DNA from: an uncultured Candidatus Saccharibacteria bacterium
Lineage (GTDB): Bacteria > Patescibacteriota > WWE3 > CAZQFB01
Length of the DNA stretch: 64,000 nt
Assembly: GCA_964592525.1 (NCBI GenBank)
Contig: CAZQFB010000001.1
Location: 65,419 to 129,418 of the forward strand
Reading direction: 5' to 3'
In this document: piece by piece, positions 28,021 through 37,939 of the stretch
How the letters are laid out: every line of letters begins with the position of its first letter
Numbering within the stretch: the first letter of the stretch is position 1
Translations under genes and position numbers: made by a program
Notes under the pieces: generated by a model
What the model was told of the DNA's origin: nothing
Seen by the model: only the letters and a program-made list of their open reading frames with translations
The model's database searches: none

Positions 28021-28057
28021 TTGACACCCCTTAGCACGTGCAATAGTATAGTGCCAA
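28021..28057 (+). promoter_or_regulatory. Sigma70-like promoter overlapping a CIRCE-like HrcA operator upstream of hrcA
   Basis: TTGACA at 28021-28026 with a TAGTAT/TATAGT -10 candidate 17-20 nt downstream. TTAGCAC-N13-GTGCCAA (28031-28057) has the same spacing as the CIRCE consensus TTAGCACTC-N9-GAGTGCTAA, with 7/9 matches per half-site. Confidence 0.55.
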
Positions 28058-28069
28058 ATAGATATTAAT

Positions 28070-28789
28070 ATGAAAGATTTAACAGAACGACGTATTGAAC
28101 TTTTAAAAGCTATTATTGAAGAGTATGTGCGTACTGCTGAACCAGTTGGTTCTAAGAATCTGGTTAAACGTTACAGACTTAGGTGTAGTCCGGCTACAGT
28201 TCGTAATGAAATGGCGGTGTTAGTTGAAGGTGGTTTTTTAAATCAACCCCACACCTCGGCGGGTAGAATTCCAGCGCCTATGGGTATACGCTATTACATT
28301 AGAAGTTTGATGGAAGAAGAAGCCTTGCCTGTACTTGAGGAAGTAGCTGTCAAACAGCGTTTGCTTGATGTGTCCGAGGATACCGCTTTGTTGCTTAAGA
28401 ACGCTGTTAATGCTTTAGCAGATCGTACGGAATTAGCAGCGGTAGTGCTAATGGATAATAATCTATTGCTCAATTCTGGTTTAGTAAACCTCCTTGAATG
28501 TCCGGAGTTTTACGATATTGATGTAACCAAAGCAGTTTTATCTACTTTAGACAATCCCACCCTGTTAAAAGAAATATTTTCTAAAGGTTTGTCTGAAGAA
28601 GTAGTGCATGTTTTGATTGGTGATGAGCTGGAAATGGTAAATTTTGAGGATGTGGGGACGGTTTTTGCTGATTTTAATTTTGGTAGTACTGGGGGAACTA
28701 TTGCGGTATTTGGACCTAGGAGAATGCATTTTCCTTCTGTCCTTCCCACGGTACGCTACTTCAGCGCCCTCCTTAGCGAATTATCTTAA
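28070..28789 (+). CDS. hrcA: Heat-inducible transcription repressor HrcA (short form)
   Basis: N-terminal winged HTH EPVGSKNLVKRYRLRCSPATVRNEMAVLVEGGFLNQPHTSAGRIPAPMGIRYY, a classic HrcA signature. Confidence 0.85.
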   Translation: MKDLTERRIELLKAIIEEYVRTAEPVGSKNLVKRYRLRCSPATVRNEMAVLVEGGFLNQPHTSAGRIPAPMGIRYYIRSLMEEEALPVLEEVAVKQRLLDVSEDTALLLKNAVNALADRTELAAVVLMDNNLLLNSGLVNLLECPEFYDIDVTKAVLSTLDNPTLLKEIFSKGLSEEVVHVLIGDELEMVNFEDVGTVFADFNFGSTGGTIAVFGPRRMHFPSVLPTVRYFSALLSELS

Positions 28790-28812
28790 GATTAGTATAT
28801 TTTTTACTAACA

Positions 28813-29262
28813 ATGAGTAAAAATAAAACAACTGGTGACAGTCAAAATTACGAAGCAGAAATAGAACAGCTAACAGAAAAATGGAAAAGAGCTTTGGCTG
28901 ACTATGAAAATTTACAAAAGAGAGTCTTGGCTGATAGTTTGGTATATGAGCTTAAATTTACTGCTCGGCTGGTAAAGGAGTTTTTGCCTCTTTATGATAG
29001 TTTGCAGGAAGCTCTTAACCAGGTTAGTCAAAAGGAGGGTTACCAGAGTTTGCTAACCCAGTTTGAAAATATTCTAGCTAGCTTTGGCGTTCATAAAATC
29101 ACACTTGAGGTTGGAGAAGAATTTAATCCTCAATTGCATGAAGCAGTGGAAGTGGTAAAAGAAGGTAAGGAAAATACAATCGCGCGGATAATTACTAATG
29201 GGTTTATGATTCAAGATAATAAAGTAATTAGACCGGTTAAAGTTGCTGTTAATAAGACATGA
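28813..29262 (+). CDS. grpE: Nucleotide exchange factor GrpE
   Basis: Coiled-coil N-terminus (YENLQKRV) and a C-terminal beta domain; position between hrcA and dnaK. Confidence 0.8.
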   Translation: MSKNKTTGDSQNYEAEIEQLTEKWKRALADYENLQKRVLADSLVYELKFTARLVKEFLPLYDSLQEALNQVSQKEGYQSLLTQFENILASFGVHKITLEVGEEFNPQLHEAVEVVKEGKENTIARIITNGFMIQDNKVIRPVKVAVNKT

Positions 29263-29278
29263 CAGGAGGTAAACAATT

Positions 29279-31177
29279 ATGGCAAAAGTAATTGGCATTG
29301 ATTTAGGTACTACTAATTCGGTAGCGGCGGTGGTGGAAGGTGGAAAACCTAAGGTGATCCATTCAGCCGAGGGGGAAAATACTACTCCTTCAGTAGTGGA
29401 ACCAGAAAAAAATTTAGTGGGTCGTTTGGCTAAACGACAGCAGGTTGTTAATCCCCATAACACCGTTTTTTCGGTTAAGCGGTTAATGGGTAGAAAAATG
29501 AGTGATAAGGAAGTCAGTGCAGAAAAAGACTATCTTCCTTATGACATTGTCGAGGGTAAGAATGGTATGGTGGTTGTGGAGATTAACGGTAAAAAATATA
29601 CCCCCCAAGAAATTGCCTCTCGCATTTTAGCGAAAATAAAAACTGATGCGGAAAGTTACTTGGGAGGAAAAGTTGCTCAAGCAGTAATTACCGTACCTGC
29701 TTATTTTGATGATGCGCAACGTCAGGCGACAAAACAAGCTGGAGAAATCGCTGGTTTGGAAGTAGTGCGGATTATTAATGAGCCTACAGCTGCTGTTTTA
29801 GCTTACGGTTTGGATAAAAACGCTAATCAAAAAGTGGCTATCTATGATTTAGGTGGTGGCACTTTTGATATCTCTATTCTGGAAATAGAAGCCGGTGGGC
29901 AGGGAGAAGATGATCGCAATATTTACCAAGTTGTAGCGACAGCAGGAGATACTCATTTGGGTGGTGATGACTTTGATAAGAAGTTGGTTGATCACGTTGT
30001 CACCGAATTTAAAAAAGAACAAGGAGTTGATCTCACTAAGGATCGACAGGCTATGCAAAGAGTAAGGGATGCAGCCGAGAAAGCTAAAATTGAACTTTCT
30101 CAAAAAGGGGAAGCCGAAGTCAACATACCTTACATTACAGCTGATGATACAGGTCCAAAGCATCTGTTGCTGACGATTAGTCGGGCTGAACTAGAGCATC
30201 TAACGCAAGACTTAATTGAACGCACTTTTACTTCAGTGAGTTCCGCACTTAAAGACGCCAATTTAACGGCGAAGGATATTGACGAAGTGATCTTAGTTGG
30301 TGGTCAAACGAGAATGCCTTTAGTGAGAGAGCGCGTTAAAGAGTATTTTGGCAAAGACCCGCATAAAGGGGTTAATCCTGATGAAGTGGTAGCGATGGGC
30401 GCTGCTCTTCAAGGAGGTGTGCTAACAGGTGAAGCTAAAGATGTTCTGCTGCTCGACGTTACCCCCCTGACTCTGGGTATCGAAACATTAGGTGGTGTGC
30501 GGACACCCTTAATTGATAGAAACACTACTATTCCAACTTCTAAGAGCCAAATATTTAGTACTGCTGCGGATAACCAAACGTCGGTTGAAGTTAATGTGCT
30601 CCAAGGAGAAAGAGAAATGGCCCTGGATAATAAATCTTTGGGACGGTTTATTTTGGAAGGTATTCCACCAGCTCCTCGTGGGATGCCACAAGTTGAGGTG
30701 ACCTTTGATATTGATAGTAATGGTATCTTGAAGGTTACGGCTAAAGATAAAGCGACTGGTAAAGAACAGAAAATTACGATTACTGGTTCAACTGGGTTGG
30801 ATAAAGACGAGGTGTCCTCTTTAGTGCAAGAAGCCAAAGCTCATGAGGCTGAAGATCAGGCAAAAAAAGAAGCAGTCGAAGCGCGAAATAATGCCGAAGC
30901 CTTAATCTTTAGTGCCGAAAAAGCCTTGCAAGAAGCTGGGGATAAGGTCAGTGGCGAAATCAAGAGCAAGGTTGAGGAAAAGATATCTGCCTTGAAAGAG
31001 GTTTTGAAAACCGCAGCAGTAGCGGAATTAAAAACAAAAACTGAAGCTCTGGCAAAGGTGTTGCAAGAAGTGGGTGCAGCGCTTTATAGTCAGCCAGAAA
31101 CAAAAGAAGCACCCTCTGATGATTCCGCCACAAATAATACGGGAGAGGTCAGTGAAGGAGAAGTGGTTGAGGAATAG
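29279..31177 (+). CDS. dnaK: Molecular chaperone DnaK (Hsp70)
   Basis: [46 protein letters not shown] upstream. Confidence 0.95.
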   Translation: MAKVIGIDLGTTNSVAAVVEGGKPKVIHSAEGENTTPSVVEPEKNLVGRLAKRQQVVNPHNTVFSVKRLMGRKMSDKEVSAEKDYLPYDIVEGKNGMVVVEINGKKYTPQEIASRILAKIKTDAESYLGGKVAQAVITVPAYFDDAQRQATKQAGEIAGLEVVRIINEPTAAVLAYGLDKNANQKVAIYDLGGGTFDISILEIEAGGQGEDDRNIYQVVATAGDTHLGGDDFDKKLVDHVVTEFKKEQGVDLTKDRQAMQRVRDAAEKAKIELSQKGEAEVNIPYITADDTGPKHLLLTISRAELEHLTQDLIERTFTSVSSALKDANLTAKDIDEVILVGGQTRMPLVRERVKEYFGKDPHKGVNPDEVVAMGAALQGGVLTGEAKDVLLLDVTPLTLGIETLGGVRTPLIDRNTTIPTSKSQIFSTAADNQTSVEVNVLQGEREMALDNKSLGRFILEGIPPAPRGMPQVEVTFDIDSNGILKVTAKDKATGKEQKITITGSTGLDKDEVSSLVQEAKAHEAEDQAKKEAVEARNNAEALIFSAEKALQEAGDKVSGEIKSKVEEKISALKEVLKTAAVAELKTKTEALAKVLQEVGAALYSQPETKEAPSDDSATNNTGEVSEGEVVEE

Positions 31178-31203
31178 ACGACGTACATATTAACTGAAAG
31201 CTC

Positions 31204-31227
31204 AAAGGCGGCTTTTTAGCCGCCTTT
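31204..31227 (+). terminator. Hairpin AAAGGCGGCT-TTTT-AGCCGCCTTT downstream of dnaK
   Basis: A perfect 10-bp stem with a 4-nt loop 27 nt after the dnaK stop; the U-tail is weak and partly inside the stem. Confidence 0.4.
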
Positions 31228-31246
31228 GTGGGTATGTTAAGAAGTA

Positions 31247-32164
31247 ATGAACAACGATTACTACGAAATATTAGGTCTTGATAAAGGAGCTTCTGTAGAT
31301 GAGGTTAAAAAAGCTTACCGCAGGTTGGCTCGTAAATATCACCCGGATGTCAATAAAGCACCAGATGCGGAAGAACAATTTAAAAAGATAAATGAAGCGT
31401 TTCAAGTCTTAAGTGATCCGAAAAAGAAACAGCAGTATGATCAATTCGGAGCAAATCCTTTTTATTCAGGCACACAGTCTGGGGGGTTTCCTTTTGGTGG
31501 TGGTCAAGAACCATATTCTTATACCTATTCAACTAAAGGAATTAATCTTGAAGATCTCTTTGGTGGCGAGATGGGTTCTATTTTTGATTCTTTTTTTGGG
31601 GGGGGGTTTAGTCGTAGAGGTAAGGATTTGCGTTATAGCTTAAAGATAAATTTTGTTGATGCGGTGCGAGGATTTGAGGAAGAAGTCAAGGTGGGGGGGA
31701 GGAAAATAAAGGTCAAAATACCAGCTGGGGTGAGGACTGGAAGTGAAATAAGGTTTGTGGGTAAAGGCGAACCGGGTCCGGTAGTTCAGGGAGCGACTTT
31801 ACCTTCAGGTGATTTGTATGTGCACATTGTTATTGACGAAAACTCTCTACCTGAATTTGAATTGCATAATGCTGATATTTTAGTTCGCAAATCTATTTCT
31901 TTTCCGCAAGCAGCTTTGGGTGATAAGGTGGCCGTGACCGTAGTCGATCCAGCTAATTACCGGGGATACTCACAGGTCACCTTGAAGATTCCTGCTGGCA
32001 CTCAAAGTGGTGAGCAATTTAGATTAAAGGGTAAGGGGATGCCTAAAATAAAAGGGTTGGGTAGAGGAGATGCTTATGTGAAAGTTGTTGTAGTTGTGCC
32101 AGAAAAGTTGGATAAAGAAGTTAAACACTTGATTGAAGAATTAGGTAAGCTTTTGGCAAAATAA
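31247..32164 (+). CDS. dnaJ: DnaJ-class chaperone, type II (J domain + G/F region + C-terminal domains, no Cys-rich zinc finger)
   Basis: J domain [33 protein letters not shown] with HPD; Gly/Phe-rich linker; there are no CxxCxGxG repeats. Confidence 0.7.
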   Translation: MNNDYYEILGLDKGASVDEVKKAYRRLARKYHPDVNKAPDAEEQFKKINEAFQVLSDPKKKQQYDQFGANPFYSGTQSGGFPFGGGQEPYSYTYSTKGINLEDLFGGEMGSIFDSFFGGGFSRRGKDLRYSLKINFVDAVRGFEEEVKVGGRKIKVKIPAGVRTGSEIRFVGKGEPGPVVQGATLPSGDLYVHIVIDENSLPEFELHNADILVRKSISFPQAALGDKVAVTVVDPANYRGYSQVTLKIPAGTQSGEQFRLKGKGMPKIKGLGRGDAYVKVVVVVPEKLDKEVKHLIEELGKLLAK

Positions 32165-32278
32165 TTAAAGGTGGCTTTTCCTTCTTGCTTTTAATTAGAG
32201 CACATTCTTTGGCTTAAAAATCATTAAGTGGTATATTAACCCCGCGGTTTCGTTTCTCCTTAAGAAAGGTATCAAGCA

Positions 32279-33064
32279 ATGCGATTGGTCGAACCGCAGG
32301 TTTTTTTGGTGGGAGGTACTGCCCTTGACGAGGAGCAACTGCTAGCTTATCTGGAGCAAATTGACGCTGCGGATTGGTCAACCGATGCCCCTACAGCCGC
32401 AGAGAAACTGCTGGAGGTAGCAGGGCGGATTTGTTACCGGTCGTTTAGACCTAGGTTAAATGCTAATGTGACCAAAGTGCGTGAGGGTAATGCCGCTTAT
32501 TTGGCTCATATTCTTGAGACTAGGCACGGGTCCGTGCTCGAACATGTGACTTTGAATTTCATTTTTTTAAATGTCAGTCGTGTCTTTACTCATGAATTGG
32601 TGCGTCATCGGAGTGGGGTAGCGATCTCGCAGGAGAGTCTGCGTTTTGTACGCTTAACCGATCTAGCTTGTTGGCTCCCGACGGTAATTCGCGAAAATTC
32701 GTCGGCACGGGCTATCTTTACGGAAACGATCGCCTTCCTAGAGGAACAGCAGGCTAAACTAGCGGAACTTTATCGGCTAGATGTTGAAGGTGTACCTTTT
32801 GCGGTCAAAAAAGAGGTTACTTCAGCTATGAGGCGTATTGCTCCCATTGGTTTAGCGACGACTATTGGTTGGTCAGCGAATTTACGTGCTTTGCGCTGGG
32901 TACTGCAGGAACGCACCAGTCCTTCAGCTGAAGAAGAAATCCGCTTGGTCTTTGCTAAAGTTGCGGAAATAGTGTTGACCCAATTTCCCAATGTGTTTGC
33001 CGATTTTACTAGTGAGCTGGTTAACGGACTACCCTGTTACACGCCTGCTAACCCAAAGGTTTAA
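32279..33064 (+). CDS. thyX: FAD-dependent thymidylate synthase ThyX
   Basis: ThyX signature RHR-x7-S (HELVRHRSGVAISQESLRF). Confidence 0.8.
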   Translation: MRLVEPQVFLVGGTALDEEQLLAYLEQIDAADWSTDAPTAAEKLLEVAGRICYRSFRPRLNANVTKVREGNAAYLAHILETRHGSVLEHVTLNFIFLNVSRVFTHELVRHRSGVAISQESLRFVRLTDLACWLPTVIRENSSARAIFTETIAFLEEQQAKLAELYRLDVEGVPFAVKKEVTSAMRRIAPIGLATTIGWSANLRALRWVLQERTSPSAEEEIRLVFAKVAEIVLTQFPNVFADFTSELVNGLPCYTPANPKV

Positions 33065-33132
33065 TTTCTGCCCGTGGACCCCTCGTAAAATAATTTGCGA
33101 GGGGTCTGTTGCTTTGTGATACAATTTTCGCT

Positions 33133-33639
33133 ATGAAGGATAACGCTCTTATGATCATTATTGGAGTGGTGCTCGTGTTAGCTATTCTGGTTTTGGGGGG
33201 GCGTGGTAAAGAGACTCCAGAGCAACTGGCTCAACCAGTTAATCAAAATGATGTCAGTGATGAAGTAGTTAACCCAGAGCATAATAACGATGTAATACCG
33301 CAAGTAGTAGATACGGGCGAGCTACAGATTATTGATTTGAAGGAAGGTGTTGGCGAAGCAGTGACACTAGGTACGAGTGTCTCCGTCCATTACACTGGCA
33401 CTTTGATAGATGGCACACCTTTTGATAGTAGTTACGATAGAGGCGTACCCTTTCAAGTTACAGTCGGTTCTGGTCAGGTAATTAAAGGTTGGGAGCAAGG
33501 CTTGCTGGGGATGAAAGTTGGCGGGCAAAGACAATTAGTTATTCCTGCGGCTTTAGCTTATGGTGATCGTAGTCCTTCACCAACAATACCGGCTAATGCC
33601 ACCCTAGTTTTTGTGCTTGAACTTTTGGAAATCAACTAA
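33133..33639 (+). CDS. FKBP-type peptidyl-prolyl cis-trans isomerase, membrane-anchored/secreted
   Basis: N-terminal hydrophobic segment followed by an FKBP domain (VSVHYTGTLIDGTPFDSSYDRGVPFQVTVGSGQVIKGWEQGLLGMKVGGQRQLVIPAALAYG). Confidence 0.8.
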   Translation: MKDNALMIIIGVVLVLAILVLGGRGKETPEQLAQPVNQNDVSDEVVNPEHNNDVIPQVVDTGELQIIDLKEGVGEAVTLGTSVSVHYTGTLIDGTPFDSSYDRGVPFQVTVGSGQVIKGWEQGLLGMKVGGQRQLVIPAALAYGDRSPSPTIPANATLVFVLELLEIN

Positions 33640-33736
33640 GCTTGCTTTTTTCATCAGCACAACTTTTTTACTTGCTTAGATGAGTAGTTTTAGTTTGACT
33701 ACGCTTGTATTTTTCGTTAATATTGCGCTGTAAATG

Positions 33737-33773
33737 AAAGGTGGGTTGCTAAAGCGCACCTTTTATTTTTATT
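33737..33773 (+). terminator. Hairpin AAAGGTG...CACCTTT followed by a T-rich run between the FKBP gene and nusA
   Basis: 7-bp stem with a 13-nt loop, then TTTTATTTTTATT. It may be a terminator or a nusA leader element. Confidence 0.3.
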
Positions 33774-33788
33774 ACCAGGAATTAAATT

Positions 33789-35225
33789 ATGTTACAGTCT
33801 GAATTTGCCTCTGCCTTAAATCAAGTAGCTTCCGAAAGGGGAGTATCTCCAGAAGCGGTTATTAATACTATTAAAGAAGCGATGGTTTCCGCCTACCGTA
33901 AGGAATATGAGATTGAACCCGAAAAAGCAGAAAATATTGAGGTTATTATTGATTCTGAATCAGGTGAAACTAAGTTAATGCTTCTTGGCAAAGATATTAC
34001 GCCTTCTGGTTTTGGACGTATCGCTGCTCAAACCGCTAAACAGGTAATTCTACAAAAGATTAATGAGGCCGAGAAAGAGGCTATTATTAATGAGTACCGA
34101 CAAAAACTAGGCTCAATTGTGTCGGGTACTGTTTTTAGGATGGAAAGAGGTGTCGTGATTGTGGATTTAGGTAAGGCGCATGGTATTATGCCACCAGCTG
34201 AACAAATACCCGGAGAGCACTTCCCTATTGGTCGCCGGATTAGAAGTTTACTAAAAGAAATTCAAGATACTGATCGGGGTGCCGAGGTTATCTTGTCTCG
34301 TTCCGCCCCTGATTTTGTCAGTGAGTTGTTTGCTTTAGAAGTACCGGAGATTAGCGCCGGCACAGTTAAAATTGAAGGTGTCGCCCGGGAAGCTGGTTTA
34401 AGATCAAAAGTTGCTGTTTCGGCTAATGTTGAAAGAGTTGATCCGGTGGGATCTTGTGTGGGTCAAAAAGGTGTTCGCGTGCAGGCAGTAATGGATGAGT
34501 TGGGCGAGGAGCGGATTGATATTATCCCCTATGATCCTTTTATTACTAACTATATCTCTAATGCGTTGTCTCCAGCTAAAGTTCGGGAAGTGGTGGTCAC
34601 CGAGAAAGAAAAGCAGGCCACAGTTGAAGTGGTTGAAGACCAGCTTTCCTTGGCTATCGGTAAGGGGGGTCAAAATGTTCGTTTAGCAGCTAAACTTACT
34701 GGTTGGAAAATAGATGTTAAGGGTGCGGAATTGTTGGATGCTAAGGAGATTGGAGCTGATTTAGGGAAAATAGCGTTGCCATCTCGAGTTGAGAAAGCGC
34801 TGATTGCAGCGGGGATCGTTACCATAGCCACGCTCGCCACTTTATCTGATGAGGAGCTTAGGGAAGTCAAGGGTTTAGGACCCCGAGCTATCAGGGATAT
34901 AAAAGAAGCCTTAACACGGTTCAAAGATTTACCCGATGAGGTTGAAAGCACAAATGAAGAAAGCAAAGAGTCTTTACTTGAGGTCTCTGCACCAGAAACA
35001 GCACCAAACCAGAGTTTGGTTAAGGCGCTGCCAGAGACAGAGTTGGAAAACCCCCAAACAGTATCTACTGGGGATGATTTAGCCCCACAAAAGGAAAAGG
35101 AGACAGACCCAGAAATTGAGGCTCATCCGGAGGTTACAGTGACTACGGCTGAAGCTGCTTTAGAACAACCTGTCGCTCATCAACAAGTTATAGAGGAAAC
35201 CACAGCCGAAAATGCTGAAGCATAG
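33789..35225 (+). CDS. nusA: Transcription termination/antitermination factor NusA with an acidic C-terminal extension
   Basis: N-terminal domain, S1 domain and two KH domains (VGQKGVRVQAVMDELGEERIDII; IGKGGQNVRLAAKLTGWKIDV). Confidence 0.85.
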   Translation: MLQSEFASALNQVASERGVSPEAVINTIKEAMVSAYRKEYEIEPEKAENIEVIIDSESGETKLMLLGKDITPSGFGRIAAQTAKQVILQKINEAEKEAIINEYRQKLGSIVSGTVFRMERGVVIVDLGKAHGIMPPAEQIPGEHFPIGRRIRSLLKEIQDTDRGAEVILSRSAPDFVSELFALEVPEISAGTVKIEGVAREAGLRSKVAVSANVERVDPVGSCVGQKGVRVQAVMDELGEERIDIIPYDPFITNYISNALSPAKVREVVVTEKEKQATVEVVEDQLSLAIGKGGQNVRLAAKLTGWKIDVKGAELLDAKEIGADLGKIALPSRVEKALIAAGIVTIATLATLSDEELREVKGLGPRAIRDIKEALTRFKDLPDEVESTNEESKESLLEVSAPETAPNQSLVKALPETELENPQTVSTGDDLAPQKEKETDPEIEAHPEVTVTTAEAALEQPVAHQQVIEETTAENAEA

Positions 35226-35240
35226 TCAAAGAATTCAATC

Positions 35241-36695
35241 ATGCCAACTAAAAAAACCAGTCTTAATAATGCACGACCACCTATTGTTACTATTATGGGG
35301 CATGTTGATCATGGTAAAACCTCTATTCTTGATCGCGTCAGAAAAAGCAATTTAGCCTCTAAGGAAGCAGGTGCTATCACTCAACATATCGGTGCTTATC
35401 AAGTAGTGTATAAGACTACACAAGGAGAAGAGAAGAAAATCACTTTTATTGATACTCCCGGACATGAAGCCTTTTCAGCTATGAGAGCTAGAGGGGGTCA
35501 CGCAGCAGATATTGTGGTGTTAGTGGTGGCAGCTGATGATAGTGTTAAGGCGCAAACTAAAGAAGCTATTATTCACGCTAAAGAGTCTGGGGTACCAATA
35601 ATTATAGCTATTAATAAAATTGATTTGCCTAATGCTGATCCCGAGAAAGTCAAACAAGATTTATTAAAAGAAGGTATTCAGGTTGAATCATTAGGAGGTC
35701 AGGTAGTCTGTGTGGAGTTGTCAGCTAAAACTGATAAGGGTATAGCGGAATTGTTGGAGTTAATCAATGTGGTGGCGGAGTTGGAAGAATTAACATGTGA
35801 TCTAGGTGCTTCTTTGAGTATGGTCGTAATTGAAGCTAATGTTAGTGCGCAAAAAGGACATACCGCTGCGGTGGTCGTTCTTAATGGCAAGCTTACTACT
35901 GGTCTTAGTCTCTACAGTGGTGAAAAATATCTTGGTAAAGTCAGAGCAGTTTATAATGATTGGGGGAAAAAGATAACCCAGGCTTTACCAGGAGATCCGG
36001 TTGAGATCTTAGGGTTTAAAGAACTACCCATTATTGGCTCTTTACTTACCAATGAACCCAGTAGTGAGCTAGTCACTACTCCGGAAATAGTAACAACAGA
36101 GCCGGATGAGCGGGCTCATTTATCTTTAGTGGTTAAAGCTGATACCCAAGGTACTCTAGAGGCGGTGGTTGCTTCTTTACAAAGATTGGATGACGACGAA
36201 GCTTCAGTGGCGTTAATCTTTCAAGGTGTAGGAGAAGTGACGGAAGCGGATGTTTTATTAGCGTCGGCTGCTAAAGCAATGATTGTTGGTTTTAATGTTG
36301 TCTTTCCAGCTAATGTCATTTCTTTAGCCGAGAGTATGGGAGTTTCGCACAGAACTTATACCATTATTTACCAATTGCTGGAGGATATAACAAAACGTCT
36401 CGCTGGTTTGGAAATTGATGATGGTTATGTTGGTAAAGGTTTGGCGGTGGTAGTGGCCATTTTCCCCTTAACTTCTGGTGATACAGTAGCGGGGTCCCTG
36501 GTTACTCATGGGCAGTTTAAAGAAGGTGATAAAGTACGAGTACTTAGAGAAGGAGAAGAAGTTGCTCGAGGAGTGGTTAAGCAAATAAAAGTCGGTCAAG
36601 ACCGAGTTACTAAGGTTACTAAAGGTGGAGAGTGTGGTGTGTTGTTGAAACCTGGATTTGCTTTGCTGGTTCAGGATGTTTTAGAGGTTGTTTAA
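35241..36695 (+). CDS. infB: Translation initiation factor IF-2 (short form beginning near the G domain)
   Basis: PPIVTIMGHVDHGKTSILD, IDTPGHEAF, NKIDLPNADP; it lies downstream of nusA. Confidence 0.9.
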   Translation: MPTKKTSLNNARPPIVTIMGHVDHGKTSILDRVRKSNLASKEAGAITQHIGAYQVVYKTTQGEEKKITFIDTPGHEAFSAMRARGGHAADIVVLVVAADDSVKAQTKEAIIHAKESGVPIIIAINKIDLPNADPEKVKQDLLKEGIQVESLGGQVVCVELSAKTDKGIAELLELINVVAELEELTCDLGASLSMVVIEANVSAQKGHTAAVVVLNGKLTTGLSLYSGEKYLGKVRAVYNDWGKKITQALPGDPVEILGFKELPIIGSLLTNEPSSELVTTPEIVTTEPDERAHLSLVVKADTQGTLEAVVASLQRLDDDEASVALIFQGVGEVTEADVLLASAAKAMIVGFNVVFPANVISLAESMGVSHRTYTIIYQLLEDITKRLAGLEIDDGYVGKGLAVVVAIFPLTSGDTVAGSLVTHGQFKEGDKVRVLREGEEVARGVVKQIKVGQDRVTKVTKGGECGVLLKPGFALLVQDVLEVV

Positions 36696-36712
36696 ATCTT
36701 GGAGTACTGATT

Positions 36713-37363
36713 ATGAGGATTGACTCGACTGGCGGGTCTTTTTTAAATCTTTTAAAAGAATCAGACTCTGCCCTAGTAGTTGCCAATCCTGTAGCAGGTG
36801 AGGAGGTGGTGGCTTCTTTATTGGCTTTGAAGTTCTTGTTGGAACGGATGGGACAAAAAGTGACTTTGGTTTATCCGGCTCAATTACCGACCTCGGCTAA
36901 TGAATTGCCGGGGTTTGCCGAAATCAGGACCACGCTTCCAGCCAGAAGTTTAAAGGTCAGTTTTGGTATTAATAAAACTGTCAAAAAAGTGGGTTATCAA
37001 GTCAAGGATGGTGTTTTTACGATGTTGGTTGAACCGTCGGAAGGTTGTTTGTATGCTAGCAATATCACTTTAGCGCCACAACCACTCAAGATCGATTTAG
37101 CTATATTTTTAGGCTATTCTTCTTGGCAGGAAATTGGTGTTTTAGCCCAAGAAATCGGTTTAGAGACAAGAGCTCTTCCGGTAATAAATATTGATAACCA
37201 TCACCATAACACTTTGTATGGTCAACTTAATATTGTTGATACTAGTGCAGCTAGTATTGCGGAGATACTCTTTAAAGCGATCCCCAGCTGGGGTCTTAAG
37301 CCGACCTATAGCTCGGCTAAATGTCTGTTGTATGGCTTGGGTTTAACAGATTCTTCATCCTAA
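36713..37363 (+). pseudogene. DHH-family phosphoesterase (NrnA-like) lacking the DHHA1 domain; a truncated gene or gene remnant
   Basis: The DHH motif NIDNHHHN is present, but the ORF stops right after CLLYGLGLTDSSS (equivalent to the NrnA GIxTDTG motif). No DHHA1-coding capacity remains before rpsO. Confidence 0.4.
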
Positions 37364-37464
37364 GCCAGAGACCAATACACACTAGATAATAAGTTACCTG
37401 GAGCTAATTATTCTCGGTTATATTTTCTGCTGCAGTATTTGTAATTTTGGTATTTAATAAAGTA

Positions 37465-37495
37465 GATATCCCATAAGATATTGATTAGGATATCT
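37465..37495 (+). promoter_or_regulatory. Inverted repeat AGATATCC-N15-GGATATCT in the rpsO 5' leader
   Basis: A perfect 8-bp inverted repeat about 55 nt upstream of the rpsO ATG. S15 commonly autoregulates through 5'UTR structure. Confidence 0.25.
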
Positions 37496-37549
37496 AGTTC
37501 TGTTAAAATATTTCAAGCTAACAATTACTTTTTATGGAAGTTAATTATT

Positions 37550-37819
37550 ATGTCTTTGGAAAAGAACACCAAACAGTCTATTATTGGCGATTTTGCCAAG
37601 CACGAGAAAGATACCGGCTCACCGGAGGTTCAGGTTGCGCTCTTGACTCGTAGAATTTTAGAGCTACAAAAACATCTAAGAGAACACAAGAAAGATAATC
37701 ATTCTCGAAAGGGTTTATTGCAGTTAGTTAACAAGCGTCGACGTATTTTGTCTTATCTGCAGCGGGTAGATGAATCAAGATATAAATTGGTGCTTGATCG
37801 GGTGGGTTTATCAAAATAA
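37550..37819 (+). CDS. rpsO: 30S ribosomal protein S15
   Basis: MSLEKNTKQSIIGDFAKHEKDTGSPEVQVALLTRRI ... HLREHKKDNHSRKGLL. The start is at the internal ATG of the listed ORF. Confidence 0.9.
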   Translation: MSLEKNTKQSIIGDFAKHEKDTGSPEVQVALLTRRILELQKHLREHKKDNHSRKGLLQLVNKRRRILSYLQRVDESRYKLVLDRVGLSK

Positions 37820-37939
37820 ATAAATTATTAATGGAGGTGGGTTAGTAGGTATTGGTGTTGGATAGTGAACATGGTGCAGATAAAAGTTATTGCCCCATTT
37901 GCATTATTCAGCTCTTTACCATATTTTCCCAGATATTAA

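Noticed and set aside
29074-29463. 129-aa minus-strand ORF spanning the grpE-dnaK junction
   Set aside because: Antisense to two highly conserved chaperone genes and contains no motifs.
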